The translations under genes were made by a program, and so were the position numbers. From assembly GCA_002269645.1 (NCBI GenBank), contig NIVC01002503.1, forward strand, positions 62,001 through 126,000: DNA of 64,000 nucleotides. The letters run 5' to 3'. The notes beneath the pieces were generated by a model. It saw nothing but the letters and a program-made list of their open reading frames with translations. It searched no databases and was not told where the DNA came from. This document shows positions 1 through 18,737 of the stretch, in pieces (position 1 is the stretch's first letter; each line of letters opens with the position of its first letter). This stretch comes from Macrostomum lignano (Eukaryota).

Positions 1-830
1 CCAACCAAGAGACAGGGGCGCCAACCAAGAGACAGGGGCGCCAATTAAGAGACAGGGACGCCCACCAAGAGACAGGGGCGCCAACCAAGAGACAGGGGCG
101 CCAACCAAAAGACAGGGGCGCCAACCAAGAGACAGGGGCGCCAACCAAGAGACAGGGGCGCCAACCAAGAGACAGGGGCGCCAACCAAAAGACAGGGGCG
201 CCAACCAAAAGACAGGGGCGCCAACCAAGAGACAGGGGCGCCAATTAAGAGACAGGGACGCCCACCAAGAGACAGGGGCGCCAACCAAGAGACAGGGGCG
301 CCAACCAAGAGACAGGGGCGCCAACCAAGAGACAGGGGCGCCAACCAAGAGACAGGGGCGCCAACCAAGAGACAGGGGCGCCAATTAAGAGACAGGGACG
401 CCCACCAAGAGACAGGGACGCCAACCAAGAGACAGGGGCGCCAACCAAGAGACAGGGGCGCCAACCAAGAGACAGGGGCGCCAACCAAGAGACAGGGGCG
501 CCAACCAAGAGACAGGGGCGCCAACCAAGAGACAGAGACGCCAACCAAGAGACAGGGGCGCCAACCAAGAGACAGGGGCGCCAACCAAGAGACAGGGGCG
601 CCAACCAAAAGACAGGGGCGCCAACCAAGAGACAGGGGCGCCAACCAAGAGACAGGGGCGCCAACCAAGAGACAGGGGCGCCAACCAAGAGACAGGGGCG
701 CCAACCAAGAGACAGGGGCGCCAACCAAGAGACAGGGGCGCCAACCAAGAGACAGGGACGCCAACCAAGGGACAAGAAAGCTAACCAAGAGACAAGGGCG
801 CCCACCAAGAGACAGGCGCTAACAGGACTC
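1..830. repeat. 20-bp minisatellite (CCAACCAAGAGACAGGGGCG), ~40 copies, running off the window start
   Basis: Direct tandem periodicity of 20 bp, with recurrent variants (CCAATTAAGAGACAGGGACG). Confidence 0.97.
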
Positions 831-1527
831 AAATTGGCTGACTTAATGACGAGAAAGTCAGGCTGTCAGGGCCGCTGTAAACCCTATTTACCATCTCTGG
901 AATTCAGGGCGTTTAAAATCCTTAAAAAGAACATTGGAGGTGAACTCTAAGCGTTATGCATATACATGAACACATGTACATGTATAGTTAGCGTTTCGTG
1001 TGCACATGCAGAAGCCAATGCAAGAGATCTGCGACAAAACTACTTCAGTGTCTTTAGACAGAATAAATTTGCAAGGCATACTAATACTTTACCTAGTAAG
1101 AATGCAGGTACTTCTTTTTGGGCAACAAAAGTTCACAATGTCCACAATGATTTGACTGCGGTATAAACATTGTCTTCCCTATATAAAGTCAGCAATTTTG
1201 GTGTAGTGGACCAAAACAAGAAATTGCAGGCCTATCAAGTGGCCTGAAAAAAAAATAGCGTATATAAAGTTTGTTTGGCATCTGGTGTCCAGGTTGTATT
1301 TAGAGTGCTTATAATGAATTTACTGGCTAAAGTTATGTCTGCAATAAAGATATCAATCGACTGTATTTTTACAAAACAAACCTGACCGCGTCATTTTTTT
1401 ACTCTTTACAAAGTCGTCCTTCAAAAGGGATATTAGTGCACCGTCTTTTCACTGGCCATAAAAGCAGCTTTTTCTGGGCCAAAAAATTACTTTGCCGTTT
1501 CTATTTGAGCCAGCAGCGTTCCTTTGG

Positions 1528-2310
1528 TGACACGGCCATCGCTTTCTGTGATCCTTTTGGGGCCACCACCGTTCCCTGTGATCCTTTTGGGACCACCACC
1601 GTTCCCTGTGATCCTTTTGGGGCCAGCACTGTTCCATGTGAATCTTTGGGGCCATCACGGTTTCCTGTATTTCTTTGGGGCCCAATGCCGTTCCCTGTGA
1701 TCCTTTTGGGGCCACCACCGTTCCCTGTGATCCTTTTGGGGCCAGCACTGTTCCATGTGAATCTTTGGGGCCATCACGGTTTCCTGTATTTCTTTGGGGC
1801 CCAATGCCGTTCCCTGTGATCCTTTTGGGGCCACCACCGTTCCCTGTGATCCTTTTGGGGCCATCACGGTTTTCTGTAATTTTTTGGGGCCACCACCGCT
1901 CGTTGCTGATATTTTTGGGACAACCACCGTACCTTGTGATTCTTTTAGGGCCAGTACTGTTCCCTGTAATTCTTTGGGGCCACCACCGTTTCATGTGATT
2001 CTTTGGGGCCACCACCTTCCCTGTTTATCTTTTGGGGCCACCACCTTCCCTGTTTATCTTTCGGGGCCACCACCTTCCCTGTTTATCTTTCGGGGCCACC
2101 ACCTTCCCTGTTTATTATCTTTTGGGGCCACCACCTTCCCTGTTTATTATCTTTTGGGGCCACCATCGTTTTCTATGATTCTTTTGGGGCCACCACCACT
2201 CGTTGATATTTTTGGGGCAACCACCGTTCCTAGTGATCCTTTTAGGGCTACCACCGTTCATTATATGATCTGTTTGGGGCCATTGCATTTCCCTGTGATT
2301 TTTAGGACCA
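1528..2310. repeat. Degenerate ~30-bp minisatellite (GTTCCCTGTGATCCTTTTGGGGCCACCACC)
   Basis: Repeated TTTTGGGGCCACCACC core about every 30 bp. Explains the overlapping repetitive ORFs on both strands. Confidence 0.93.
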
Positions 2311-3105
2311 ACCTTTCCCTCGGGTTTGTTGAGAGAAAAGAAAGCCTCAACGTGACCGTCTAAGCCTACATGGCTACACAAAAATATGAACTCTTCGTCA
2401 GAATACGTACGAATACGTTTAGTTCAGACACCAAATTCTGCTACACTAAGCCAATCACACCAATAACAGCGCACAGTTCCCCAACTGTAGCAAATATTTC
2501 TGAAGCCAATTTTACTTTATTATAAACAGAATAGTTTGAAACCTTAATATTAGAAGAGGCATTTTAAGCCATTACACTTAAGTCGCTTCTAATTCACCCA
2601 ATGACTACTAACTGCGCTATAGAGTCCAAAACAGAATGTAGCAGCCGATAGCAATTGTTGCAGAAAATGTGGATAAGAAGACGGGGCTATAATAGCTAAA
2701 AATATAGAATACAGGCAAAGAAGAATTCTTTAATACAGACTGGGAGATACGAGGAGAAAAGAAAGTGGATAGCAGCCGGGGAGGGAGAGGGAAATAATGA
2801 GAAATGACCTTCCAAAACTGTGTAGCGTTTTGCAACTCCGCAAAGCTGTCAGTGCCCTAATTAGTGTAATAAGTCTGCGCTGTACGCCAGTCAGGACAAA
2901 TGGTGGTCTTACTATAATATACCAGTTCATACAGAGCTGCTGCCTGCCGTCTGGCATCGAGTGAAGAGGGGGGTGAAGTTCCTTGACACCCAGAAGTTTC
3001 GTCTGCTGCAGTGCGCCTGCCATCTTTGCTTGCTAGGGTAGGCAGAAACTATGCGAATGCATGCGGCCAGCAACTGCTGACTGACTGACTGCGCGAGTCT
3101 GTCCG

Positions 3106-3275
<170 letters not shown>

Positions 3276-4181
3276 TGCCATCCAGTTGGATTCAACAGTG
3301 TTTCTATACATCACAAAGCGACTTTCAAGTGGAAATCCACTCTGTTTGATGACACAGACAACGGGGGAGACTTTAGATTAGAGTTCTGCATCAAGATTAC
3401 AGCAGCGAGTCAAGTGGACTAAGGGTCCTTAAAGGCTAAAGTAGTCCATGTGGCTATCTACAGTACAAAACTGCGCTACTCAACTCAACCTGGAAGCAAT
3501 CTGGGAGAGTATGATAGCTGGTATTTATAAGTCGAACAGGTCAACTTCCGCCAATGCTTACTTGCACTATCGATGTCCGTGATTATGGCGGGCCATGCAA
3601 GCCTTCATCCCGGCCTGGAGGGTAGCCATAAATACGATAAGAGCTTTTGTAAACACACCACTAAAAGATGAAAGCCTAAAAATGGCACTTTCAATATTTA
3701 ATCTATAAGCATGAAACCTTTCTCTCTTTCCCATTTATTCCCATATGCCATACAGTTTGGGGGAATTGCTGAAGAATAACCAGACCCAGGGATCGCCATA
3801 GGTTAAGCAGAATTGGTTGCGGTTAGTACGCAGATTTCATTGACTTTCTAATCGGTCAGGCATGTGCACTCTCTGTGCCTTGGTGGTTGGCCCTCATGGC
3901 TGCGAATCGCACACGACAATCGACAACTTTTGAAACAAAATACACTATGGCTTTAGTTTTGTCAATAAAAATATTCTCAGCTAAATAAATTTCGATTCAT
4001 GTCGGCCATTGATTTAGCCGGTAATTTTACCTGAAATGTACCTGAAAATAGTTAAAGTTAAGAGATGAGTCAAAAAGCGTTTAAATTTATTTAGCAAAAA
4101 TAAAATATGCGATGATTTTCCTATGCATTAGGTACCGTTTTGACTGTCAACAATCTTTACAGATCTTTACAATCTTTACAG

Positions 4182-8740
<4,559 letters not shown>

Positions 8741-11700
8741 GTCCATTCTTTATTAGTTTTCGATCATTTTTGTTGCGACTACGAGCCTATATAAAATTAA
8801 TGCTCTGAATAAAATTTTAAATGTTTTTAACTAACCCTACTTAAAGTAGCATTCGATTAGCTGTAGGATATTTAATCCTGAATGAAATAGAATTTAGAAT
8901 TCTGATAATTCTGATAAACTTATTAGTCATATATATAATAGTTTACATTTTTCTACATGTATAACGTGTAGTACAAGTATATAGTAAAAATAATAGCTCG
9001 TAATACTAATCTGAGTATCAAATACAATTAAATTTGTGCTGCTGAAAACAAAAACTTTTAATTTAATTGAATTTTCCTTGTACCCCGTAGGTTGAGGTTG
9101 AGAAGTCGCAAGCTATATGTAGTTTATTTAAAAATTTGCGGTGGCTCTGATTGTTATTAGTAAATTCTCGAAAATCGTATAACTACTATAGCAAAGTTGC
9201 AAGTACCGGCTTGCAGTTTAAATTAAGAATGGAATAAAACCCGGAAATTTAGCACGTCAGGTGGAATTATTGTAAGAATTTTTCTGTGGCTTGTACAATG
9301 CGGAAAGAAACAGGACAGCCGGTGTTATCACCGGTCATGGGGTGAAACCATGAAGCGGTTCGATCTTAATTTTTCAAAGGACACGTGGTAACATTATTGT
9401 ACAGTGTGTTAATTATATAACCGTTGTTGTGGAAGTTTATAAACGAAATTGATCAGAGTCACATGTATTTATAAAGTCTGAGTGAATAAGATAAAGAAAA
9501 ATTTACATGCAAAGCCATAAGCTGGCTCGATAAAGTAAAGTTAGTTTAGCTGCTCCTAGGCCGTTTAGCTTAGTTTAGCTGCTGATCCTAGGCCGTCGGC
9601 CTGCTATATCGCAGCCTTCGAATACGTGCCACTTCTGTTAGGCTTACCAATTACATTATACAGTATACTTGATAAGCAGTTCTCTCTTTCACGGGCGTAA
9701 TACTATCAACTAGTGCGTCAAAAAAGTTCTTAGACGCGGCTTTCATATGATCTTCACATCTGTTAAATTAATTTTGATGACAAATCAAACAAATCATCTG
9801 CAGGGGCCAATATGCAATGAATTTTAGCTGGGTTTAAAGTTTCTGCTTAATCGCGGGATGACACAACCAACAAAGCAATTTGATCATTTACCGACGAACC
9901 TATACATGCAGTTACGATGTATTAATTAGCAAATACGATTTTGAAGAGCATCGATCGAATCCGGACCAACATTTGTTTTTTAATACCAGTAGATTGCATG
10001 AGTCAGCAAAAACCATATGGACGAATTTGTAAATCATCACTGAGGGTTTAGCATAGATTAAATACCAAAAGGAACAAATTAAAGCAGTAGCTAAGCATGG
10101 CATAAACTGAATGCGCAGAACAAAACGTCAGATTCAGATGCTTATAAGACGCAGAACCAAACCCTATATGCATGGTTTTATGGCTTATAGTGAATATGGC
10201 CATAAAATTTATTAACGCCTGATCGTTTTTGCCTTTGCGGACGAAGGCGAGAGCAACCCGAACTGGGTCCATAAGTAAAAAAGAGAAATTGGAACTTGCC
10301 TGTTTAATTGAACTATTTGCTTTTTTAACATATTGCAGCTTAAGTTTTAGTACATTTGTTTACAAATGTACAACTAAATATAATGCATGTGATATATGAG
10401 CCCGCGGCCTTCTCTATATATTTTAATTTCTCATTGAACTATACGAGCATTGTAAATTAAACCTAACGCACGTTGGTCGCAATAATTCAGTATAATCAAC
10501 CCATGCAAGATATTCTGTACCTACGAAGTGCCGCGGGTTTGCTTTCGTGGCCTTCGGATTTAAATTTAAATATGAGCGAGTTTCATTCGCTCGGATTTAA
10601 ATTTGTCGAACAAGCAGAACAGCAACAGGTGGAGCTCTCGAAGCTCACAACAAATTGCCATTTACCGAAACTACATGTAAAATTTCAATTCATTTCATAC
10701 ACTCAAAAAAATTCATAAGCTTGCTGCTGGAAACTTTAAATCGTCAGAAATTACTACTTGTTATTGTTTCATTATATGGAGCGAAACTCCATACAACCTG
10801 ATCTACATGTACCGTGCACAGTATACATGTACATTGTATAGCTATAGACACGGGACCACTGTACAGTATACAGTTGTCCTTGGCCAGACTGTTCTCAAGC
10901 TCCAAATTTCACAAGATCAAAATTTCACGAAGGTCGAATCTTTTCAACTGAGAGGTTGCGCAGAGATCGAGGTGACTAGCTAGACTTTTCAACAGTTTTA
11001 GCCTAGATCGCTATTTCTTTGGAAATAAATGTCAACAAGAAACTGCATTTAAATCGATGTGTTCTTTATTTGCAGTAAAAGCTGCACACTAATCGCATTG
11101 TCACCGGATTGACTGTAAGCCTAAAGTTTTGTGGCTTTGGTGATATAAACAAAGTAAGCGTGAAATGTTTTTATTTCTCACGAAATTACTATGATATTAA
11201 AATTTAATTACTTTGAAAAGCGTTTTACTACAAAAATTAATTAAAACAACAATGATAACTACGGCAAATTGTGTGGAATATTTTTTTTAAGTCTCTTATT
11301 TTATTCGAAAGAAATAATTTTTCTTACACCTTGTACTTCCAGCGAGAGACAAACCAAGCTGTGCACGCGTTATTGTAAATGGAACCATACGACCAATGTT
11401 GGCCACTTCACCTGTTGTAAAATACGTGTGTAGTGCAAAAACCTGAGAGTACAGGAATGTCAAAAGCTCTAGTTCTAGTATACTCTATTTATTTGACTTT
11501 ACACTTGTCTCCAATTATTTCGTACTGTTGTCGTGTCGCATAGAGGTCAGAGGACATAGACAAAGCAATAAGTTATAAACATGACTAATCTATTGAGGAA
11601 GGAAATTTTATGCTCAATTTTATGCTTAAGCAATGCATGACAGATTTTAATGAGAGTAGAGTAGGGTCTATATGTTTAATTGATTCAAGAACCTGTAGAC

Positions 11701-14700
11701 TTGTTATATTTATATTAGTTAGGCCTACTAGTATTAATAATTTGCATCATACATAGGACTGTGAGATTTTTTATGTCAGTTGCCTATAACTAAGTTAACT
11801 AGCAATTATTTTTTTCTAAAATTCAGTAGATATAAATGCCATACAATATAATAATACATTAGCAGGGTATATTAGAGGGATGCTATATCCATAATCAGGA
11901 TCATGGCATGCCTGCGCTGGAATGAATCCTATCAAAAAGTTTGATTGCACTGTGTACTAATAAATCCTATAAAAAAGTTGGCTTGCACCATGCACTGGAA
12001 CTATTCCTATCAAAAAAGTTTGCTTGTGCCATGTACCACTACTTTTTGAAAAAATACAAAAATCAGTAATTTTCCATTCGAAAAATACTAGTAAAAATTG
12101 TATTTGAATCTTTTTCATAGAAAATGCAATGTTAACATAAATTAAGTAAAAAGCTGTCAATATACTAGCAAATAAAAAGTGCTAATAAAAAGAAATTACA
12201 TGTTAATTTTCTGTCAGAAAATATTGTCTCCTCAGAAATTTTTATTTTGCACCAAATTATGCCAATTTTTTGTCTTATGCCATACTGCGCCAGATTTTTC
12301 TACCTTGCTTTATTTTTACACAGTGCAGCGCATGTTCAACCCCCTTTTGTGTTGGAATTTTCTGTGAAAAAAAGCCATCTTGACTATGGCACTGTATTAA
12401 TATAAATAGGTCCCTTGTTGAAACTAAGGCAAAAGAAGGGACTTATCTAACAAAATTGTTTGACCAAATTTTTATTGAACAGAAGATTAAAACTTACAAA
12501 TTGCTTTATTTTTATGCAGATTGTTTTGAAGTTATCCAAAGGTATAAGTAATAAGTATTTGTTATTAAGTATTTGCTTAGAATAAATGAGCAAAATAAAT
12601 GAAAAATAAGATGTTAAATATTAATCAATATATTTATTAAATAAATTTATATTATAAATAAAATAATGAAATGAAAGCTTAGACTGAGAATAAAATTTCA
12701 TTTAACTTGTAGCTGACTACTATTAAGTTGTTTTTATTAATGCACTCTAAGATGAGTATATTTCTTGGCTTATACAAAAAGCTTTCTAACCAAACACAAT
12801 GTTGTCTATGGTTGATAGGAAAGGCAACAAAGGAAAGAGTACAACACTAATAATACTAATATGTAATAACTGCTACAAACTATTTTAGTAAATCCTCAGA
12901 ATCCCCCTTGACTATGCCCCTGATAGATATACAAAATATATGCAATATAGCTAATAAATCAAATATGCAATGCAGATGTATATTAAAATCTTGGTCCTAA
13001 AATGCACTAGGCCCTAAGTAACTAAATCACTAAACTTATTTATTAATAAAAATGTTATGGTCATTTTGTAAAATTAATCTATTATATAGGTTTAATATAA
13101 ATTAATGTCTGGAATGAAGAGGCAGAGATGGAACAAGTGGTGATCAAGCACAACAAGGCAGGCCCCAAAGCGATTTGGGGACAAATAATTCAAGTGTATT
13201 GATTCGAAAATTAAAAAGAAAAAAATTTGAGCGGCAGCAGCGCCCTCTCACGCTAAGCTGAGCAACATATAAATAAAGCACACACACACACTGGGGGTTT
13301 GGGGTGCTAGTCAGAAGGCATATGTACAGCGCATAAAAAAGTACAAGGCAATAAAAAAGGGGGGGCAGTGAGACAGGTCACTCGACCATTAAAACCAGGT
13401 AAAGTCCACTTGCTGTACCCACCCATAATTTTTATATAATTTGATATCAATGTTATATTAAACCATTGTACTTGTATTTTGAAGAATCTCTTTATCTTAA
13501 CCCCTCTATTCTCTATTTTAATTGTTGGTTTTAGGCTATAAAAAAGCATTTATATTGAAACTAGATGATAATTAGAGTTTTGCTTTTACTAGAAAATTTT
13601 TGCAATTGTATCTGTAGCCATATCTTTAAATTTTTCTTATAGCCTATCCATATCTATATCTGTATCTATAAATAAATTTTCTCAAAGCTCTATAAATTTC
13701 TTTCTGTGGTTTCAATGCACTGCCAGCCAATGACACTTATTAAGAGTATTATAGAGGGGCATTAGGACTTCTTGCTACTGGCTTTTACAGTTATAAGAAT
13801 GCAGCTAACTATGAGTAATGTTCTGCAATTAGTGTAGAATGCATATTTATGGTGTTCAATGCCTATCAACTTGATTTAATTTTGAGTGTTTTCTCTCCTT
13901 TCTCCCCTCTTCCTCTTCCTTCTTTCTTTTACTCTCTTCTTTTTTCCCCATTCTCGCTTCTCTTTTTCCTCTTTAAACATGACATTACTATTATATATTT
14001 GCAACCTTTCTGATTTAAACTGGCTATATTAACATACTTTTTGACCAAAAATGTGACTTACTTGTGAAAGAAACCCTAAAGCAAAACTAATGCAATTTTG
14101 GATAGATGGCAAGAGTAATTATGAGTGTCTTATTAAGGCTAAATGTCTCATTGCACATGTATGATTACCATAACATATGGTTTATGTTGCAATGAAAGAC
14201 AAATTAGTAGATGACACAATTAGACTTAGAGCAAAGTAAGGTAACAAAATCTCCCATGCTTATTAAGATCTATGAGAGCAATGGTCTGCTTATTAGTTGG
14301 TACCTAATCTCCAAATAATTAGGCAGCAAAAGCCTCTTGAATTGTTTATAGTCTATACTTTTATGATAGTCGCAAATGCTAAATAGCTTCCCTATTGGCT
14401 TCATTTATCCTTACTTTAGCCCCTACCATCCCAACTATGATGTGCATTTTGTGTCAATTATCTTTATTGCTTGAGTCCCCAACCCTTAGGGACTTAAGAG
14501 CTCCCTTCACATTGAAAGTGAGCATTTATCTTAACATTAGTCCTTATTATCCCTATATACACAATGGGTATATGATGTGGAAAATCTTTCCTGTTGAGTT
14601 TTCAACCCTAGTGACTTTTAAGAGCTCACCTCACATAAGCTTTTAAATTGGCAACATTAATTCGTTTCTAAAAAATCTAACACTTATTCCCATTCATTGA

Positions 14701-15304
14701 ATCAATGGTTCCAATAGTCTTTCAAGTTTTAAGTCTTTTAATTTATTTTGTGGCATAGATATGGGAACTAGATATAGGAAATATGTATTGGTACTGATTA
14801 CTTTTCCATATAAAACAATCATATATATATTCAAAAACATAGTAGGATAAAAGTTTTTTAAATTTTATTCAATTACTATAATAGTAATACACCTATTTTA
14901 TTGTCATTACTGCATAAAATATAGTATACATATATGTTCCTTGTATGTAAAAAGACCTACAAAGCTTTATAAATATATTACATTGTATATTTACGAGTAT
15001 ATAGACTTTTCTTGCTTGCACCAAATTTGGGTATACATAATTAGGTTTACATCTTGAAAAGTCATAGAATTGCTTATAAATTGAGTTTTGGATTGTTAAG
15101 GTATCCAAAATACTTATAAAATGGTCCCAAATATTTATTTTTAGAAGATTATTAATAATTTAAAATTGAAAATGATAAATGTTATAACTAACCTTGATAT
15201 ATAACTTTTAGTTTATAATTGAACATATATATAGGTCTATACTTGCCATCTAGTGCCCCCTTTGAAGTGGCCAATAAGCAAGGGACAAAATTATTTATAT
15301 GGAT

Positions 15305-15635
15305 CCTCTTGGCCTTGAAATCTCAGTAATTCCCCCCTGTAAGCCTTGAAATCTCAGCAATTCCCCTTGTAAGCCTTGAAATCTCAACAATTCCCCTGTA
15401 AGCCTTGATATCTCAGCAATTCCCCCTGTAAGCCTTGAAATCTCAGCAATTCCCCCTGTAAGCCTTGAAATCTCAGCAATTCCCCCTGTAAGCCTTGAAA
15501 TCTCAGCAATTCCCCCTGTAAGCCTTGAAATCTCAGCAATTCCCCCTGTAAGCCTTGAAATCTCAGCAATTCCCCCTGTAAGCCTTGACATCTCAGCAAT
15601 TCCCCCTGTAAGCCTTGACATCTCAGCAATTCCCC
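15305..15635. repeat. 30-bp minisatellite (GTAAGCCTTGAAATCTCAGCAATTCCCCCT), ~11 copies
   Basis: Direct reading. Confidence 0.95.
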
Positions 15636-16104
15636 TCCAAGCCTACTGTCATTAATCGCGCTTCATTGCATCAGGATTTTGGCCAAGCCAATTATAGTAT
15701 AGTATCATCAATGCCTTATCCTGCACTTTTGTTTGCATTTAAAATTATGATATTAAATACAATAATTGATCTATGATATGTTGCATTAACTTTCGACCAC
15801 CCACCGTTTTTCTTGGCACATGTTTTGATTGATACTGAACACAGGATTGTTTTTATTTACAGTATAAGTATAATGTGAAATTGGTTGAAGATAAGACAGG
15901 ACCTCATTTCACACGGACACAAAACCCTGTGTTTATAAATCTGTTTAAACTATGAATTAATTTCATTAAAGCTTGTGGTATCCGTGTCAGTTTGCCTTAA
16001 CTTTGCAAATTCTGTTACTAATCAGCTGTGTCAAATCTACTCCTAGTTAACATGAATAAGCTTATCAAAAACTTGTTTAGCTGGATTTTCTGCAATGATA
16101 TCGC

Positions 16105-16655
16105 TTCTGTCCTTAATCGCTTCAGGGTGTGAGGCTACTGTCATTAGTTGCTTCAGGGTATGAGGCTTCTGTCCTTAATCGCTTCAGGGTGTGAGGCTTC
16201 TGTCCTTAATCGCTTCAGGGTATGAGGCTACTGTCCTTAGTTGCTTCAGGGTATGAGGCTACTGTCTTTAATCGCTTCAGGGTATGAGGCTACTGTCCTT
16301 GGTTGCTTCAGGGTATGAGGTTACTGTCATAAATCGCTTCAGGGTATGAGGTTACTGTCATAAATCGCTTCAGGGTATGAGGCTACTGTGATAAATCGCT
16401 TCAGGGTATGAGGTTACTGTCATAAATCGCTTCATGGTATGAGGCTACTGTGATAAATCGCTTCAGGGTATGAGGTTACTGTCATAAATCGCTTCATGGT
16501 ATGAGGCTACTGTCCTTAGTTGCTTCAGGGTATAAGGTTACTGTCCTTAGTTGCTTCAGGGTATGAGGCTACTGTCCTTAGTTGCTTCAGGGTATGAGGC
16601 TACTGTCCTTAGTTGCTTCATGGTGTGAGGCTACTGTGCTTATTCGCTTCAGGGT
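16105..16655. repeat. ~31-bp minisatellite (GCTACTGTCCTTAGTTGCTTCAGGGTATGAG), ~17 copies
   Basis: Direct reading. Confidence 0.95.
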
Positions 16656-18087
16656 TGAAAATTGTAGGTATGCTTTGATGAAGAATAACAAAATTCCGTA
16701 AAGAATTGTTGCATATTGCGATGATCTACGAATACGCCGTTAAACTGGCTTGCACGTTGCTGTAACTGGACCAAGACATATTTGTTTAGAAGATAACTTT
16801 GTCACAGACTTTTGCGTGACTGTGCGTTACTTCAACTCTCACTTATAGTGTAAACGAAAAACGGAAAATTTGTAAAAGCAGTTTTTTTTGGTAAAGTCAA
16901 CATGGTCAGATAATTCAGTTTTTTGTTCTATCTTGTTGGCTTTTTCTTATGTACCTACTTTTACGTTGCCTGTTATAGTAGTATAATAAGGTTTGGAAGG
17001 CTATACTTTGCGAAATTTTATAATTTTGAGAAAACTTTTTTTCGAATGAAAAGTTTTTTAAACATTTTTTAAACCTTGATTTTTTAGGGCTCAAATTGAA
17101 TGTAAAGCTCAATGTAAAAGCTCATGAGGATTTGCTGAAATGCTATGATGAAGGAATTCAACCAGAAAAGAATCGACGCTTGGGGGAATTTCTGAGATGT
17201 CGATGCTCATGGTGGCATTGTTGAAATTTCTCATCGGGGGTTGTTCAGATGCTGATATCTTAGGCTTTCAGGGCTGGTGATTTTTTGCTTTAAACATAAT
17301 TTCCCTTAAAGATTAACATCAGTGACTGTACAAGGTCAAAACCTACATACTTATTCTCAACATTCTTTCTTTCTTTGTTGCCTCCCCAACGGGGGGGGGG
17401 CGCAGGTTGCTAGTCAAAGCTCAATTTGAAGCTAAAAAACCCTTGCATCCCCATGCTTCTATGCCTATACATTCAGTTCAAGCAAGCCCCAAAAACGGGA
17501 CTGGGTGTGCTAGTCTGTTGTCATCCACTGTGCTGTTAACCAGTTAAGTGAAGATAATCGATGGAAATAATCGATAATCAAAGCTTAACAAAAAAGTAGA
17601 ATTAGTTCTTTAAATGGAAGCTTGCATTGTTCGTACGACTTGTGGTGGGTCTTACTCTTGCCCTGGATTGAATTGAAGCGACTGACGGAGTGCTAGTTCA
17701 AGTAGCAGCGTGTCATTCACGCGTCTGCCTGTTTTCTACGCAAGAACAACGTTGATTATACGTCGTTTGTTTGAGAGACGGAGTGGAGAGGTTGGCTGCT
17801 GTATATGTGGATGGGTGGGTGTGGTTAGGTACACTCATTTACCTATCCGCTCAAATATCTCATTGGCTGGGCGTTCTGAGGTGGCTATACAGCCGGTCTA
17901 GAGTCTCGCGGTCGTGGTTTTTCTTACAAAATTCCGTGTACTTTCTCCGTGCCTCAACTGGTTTAAACCAGGGGGACGGGCATGGGGTGTGGTCCCGACG
18001 GTGGAGAGAGGTGGCTGGTCGGTTCAATCCAACTCACCTCCCCGCAAATCCAGTTGTGTTAATAGAAGCCTTCCTTCTTCTCTGTAC

Positions 18088-18702
18088 TATATATAAACCC
18101 TTCTCAAGTCTAACAATTCTGCCACTCTCTGTCTGTCATAGCGATCTGCTCTTCTCAACTGTGTTATTGTAAGTTTCAAATATATGACGGTCATTATTAA
18201 AACTTGTTTTATTAATATAACTAAGTTAAGCAATGTCATTAGTGATTCAGTAAAGTACGAGTGAAAGTATGTTCAAATCAATAATTTGTTAGTTCAGACC
18301 AGATTTTTAAAACGGTTTCGGCCAATATTTGAGCAATAGTTCATATACTACTGGCAGTAGCGTCAACTGGCCCTAAAAGGGCTTTTTGAACTCTTGAAAC
18401 TCTTTTGAATTCTTTACAGGCAGTTTAATCACAAATGACATTGTTTAATATATACTCGGCAACATTGAAAAGTCGTCCCAGTGAGCAGTGTGTTTCGACT
18501 AGCGTCTATCACCTGGCCAACCATTTTGATATTCAAAAAAGGTTTAACAAAACAATGAAAAACCGGGCGGAAGCTTCAATCCATCCAATCTTTGCAGTCT
18601 GCGCAGTCTCAAAGGCGGCGACCTTTTTAATGTTGATGAGAATATACTTTATTTTGAAAGTTTACACAACAGTTTTTTATTCTTCATTTCTTTCAATTTC
18701 AG
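18088..18702 (+). promoter_or_regulatory. Probable TATA box, non-coding first exon and 5'-UTR intron (18169-18702) of GST copy 1
   Basis: TATATATAAA at 18088-18097, GTAAGT donor at 18169, and a pyrimidine tract plus TTTCAG acceptor ending at 18702, 35 nt before the ATG. Confidence 0.6.
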
Positions 18703-18737
18703 ACCAAAACAAACTAACGAACACAAGCGATCTAGAA

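Noticed and set aside
13230-15262. CTCF-like motifs (CAGCGCCCTCT at ~13240; TTGCCATCTAGTGCCCCC at ~15243)
   Set aside because: Partial matches only, expected by chance in 64 kb. CTCF is also reported absent in flatworms, if that is the source.
18435-18737. 101-aa N-terminal extension on GST copy 1 in the ORF track
   Set aside because: It lies in an AT-rich 5'-UTR intron (18169-18702). The paralogues start at the equivalent of ATG 18738.
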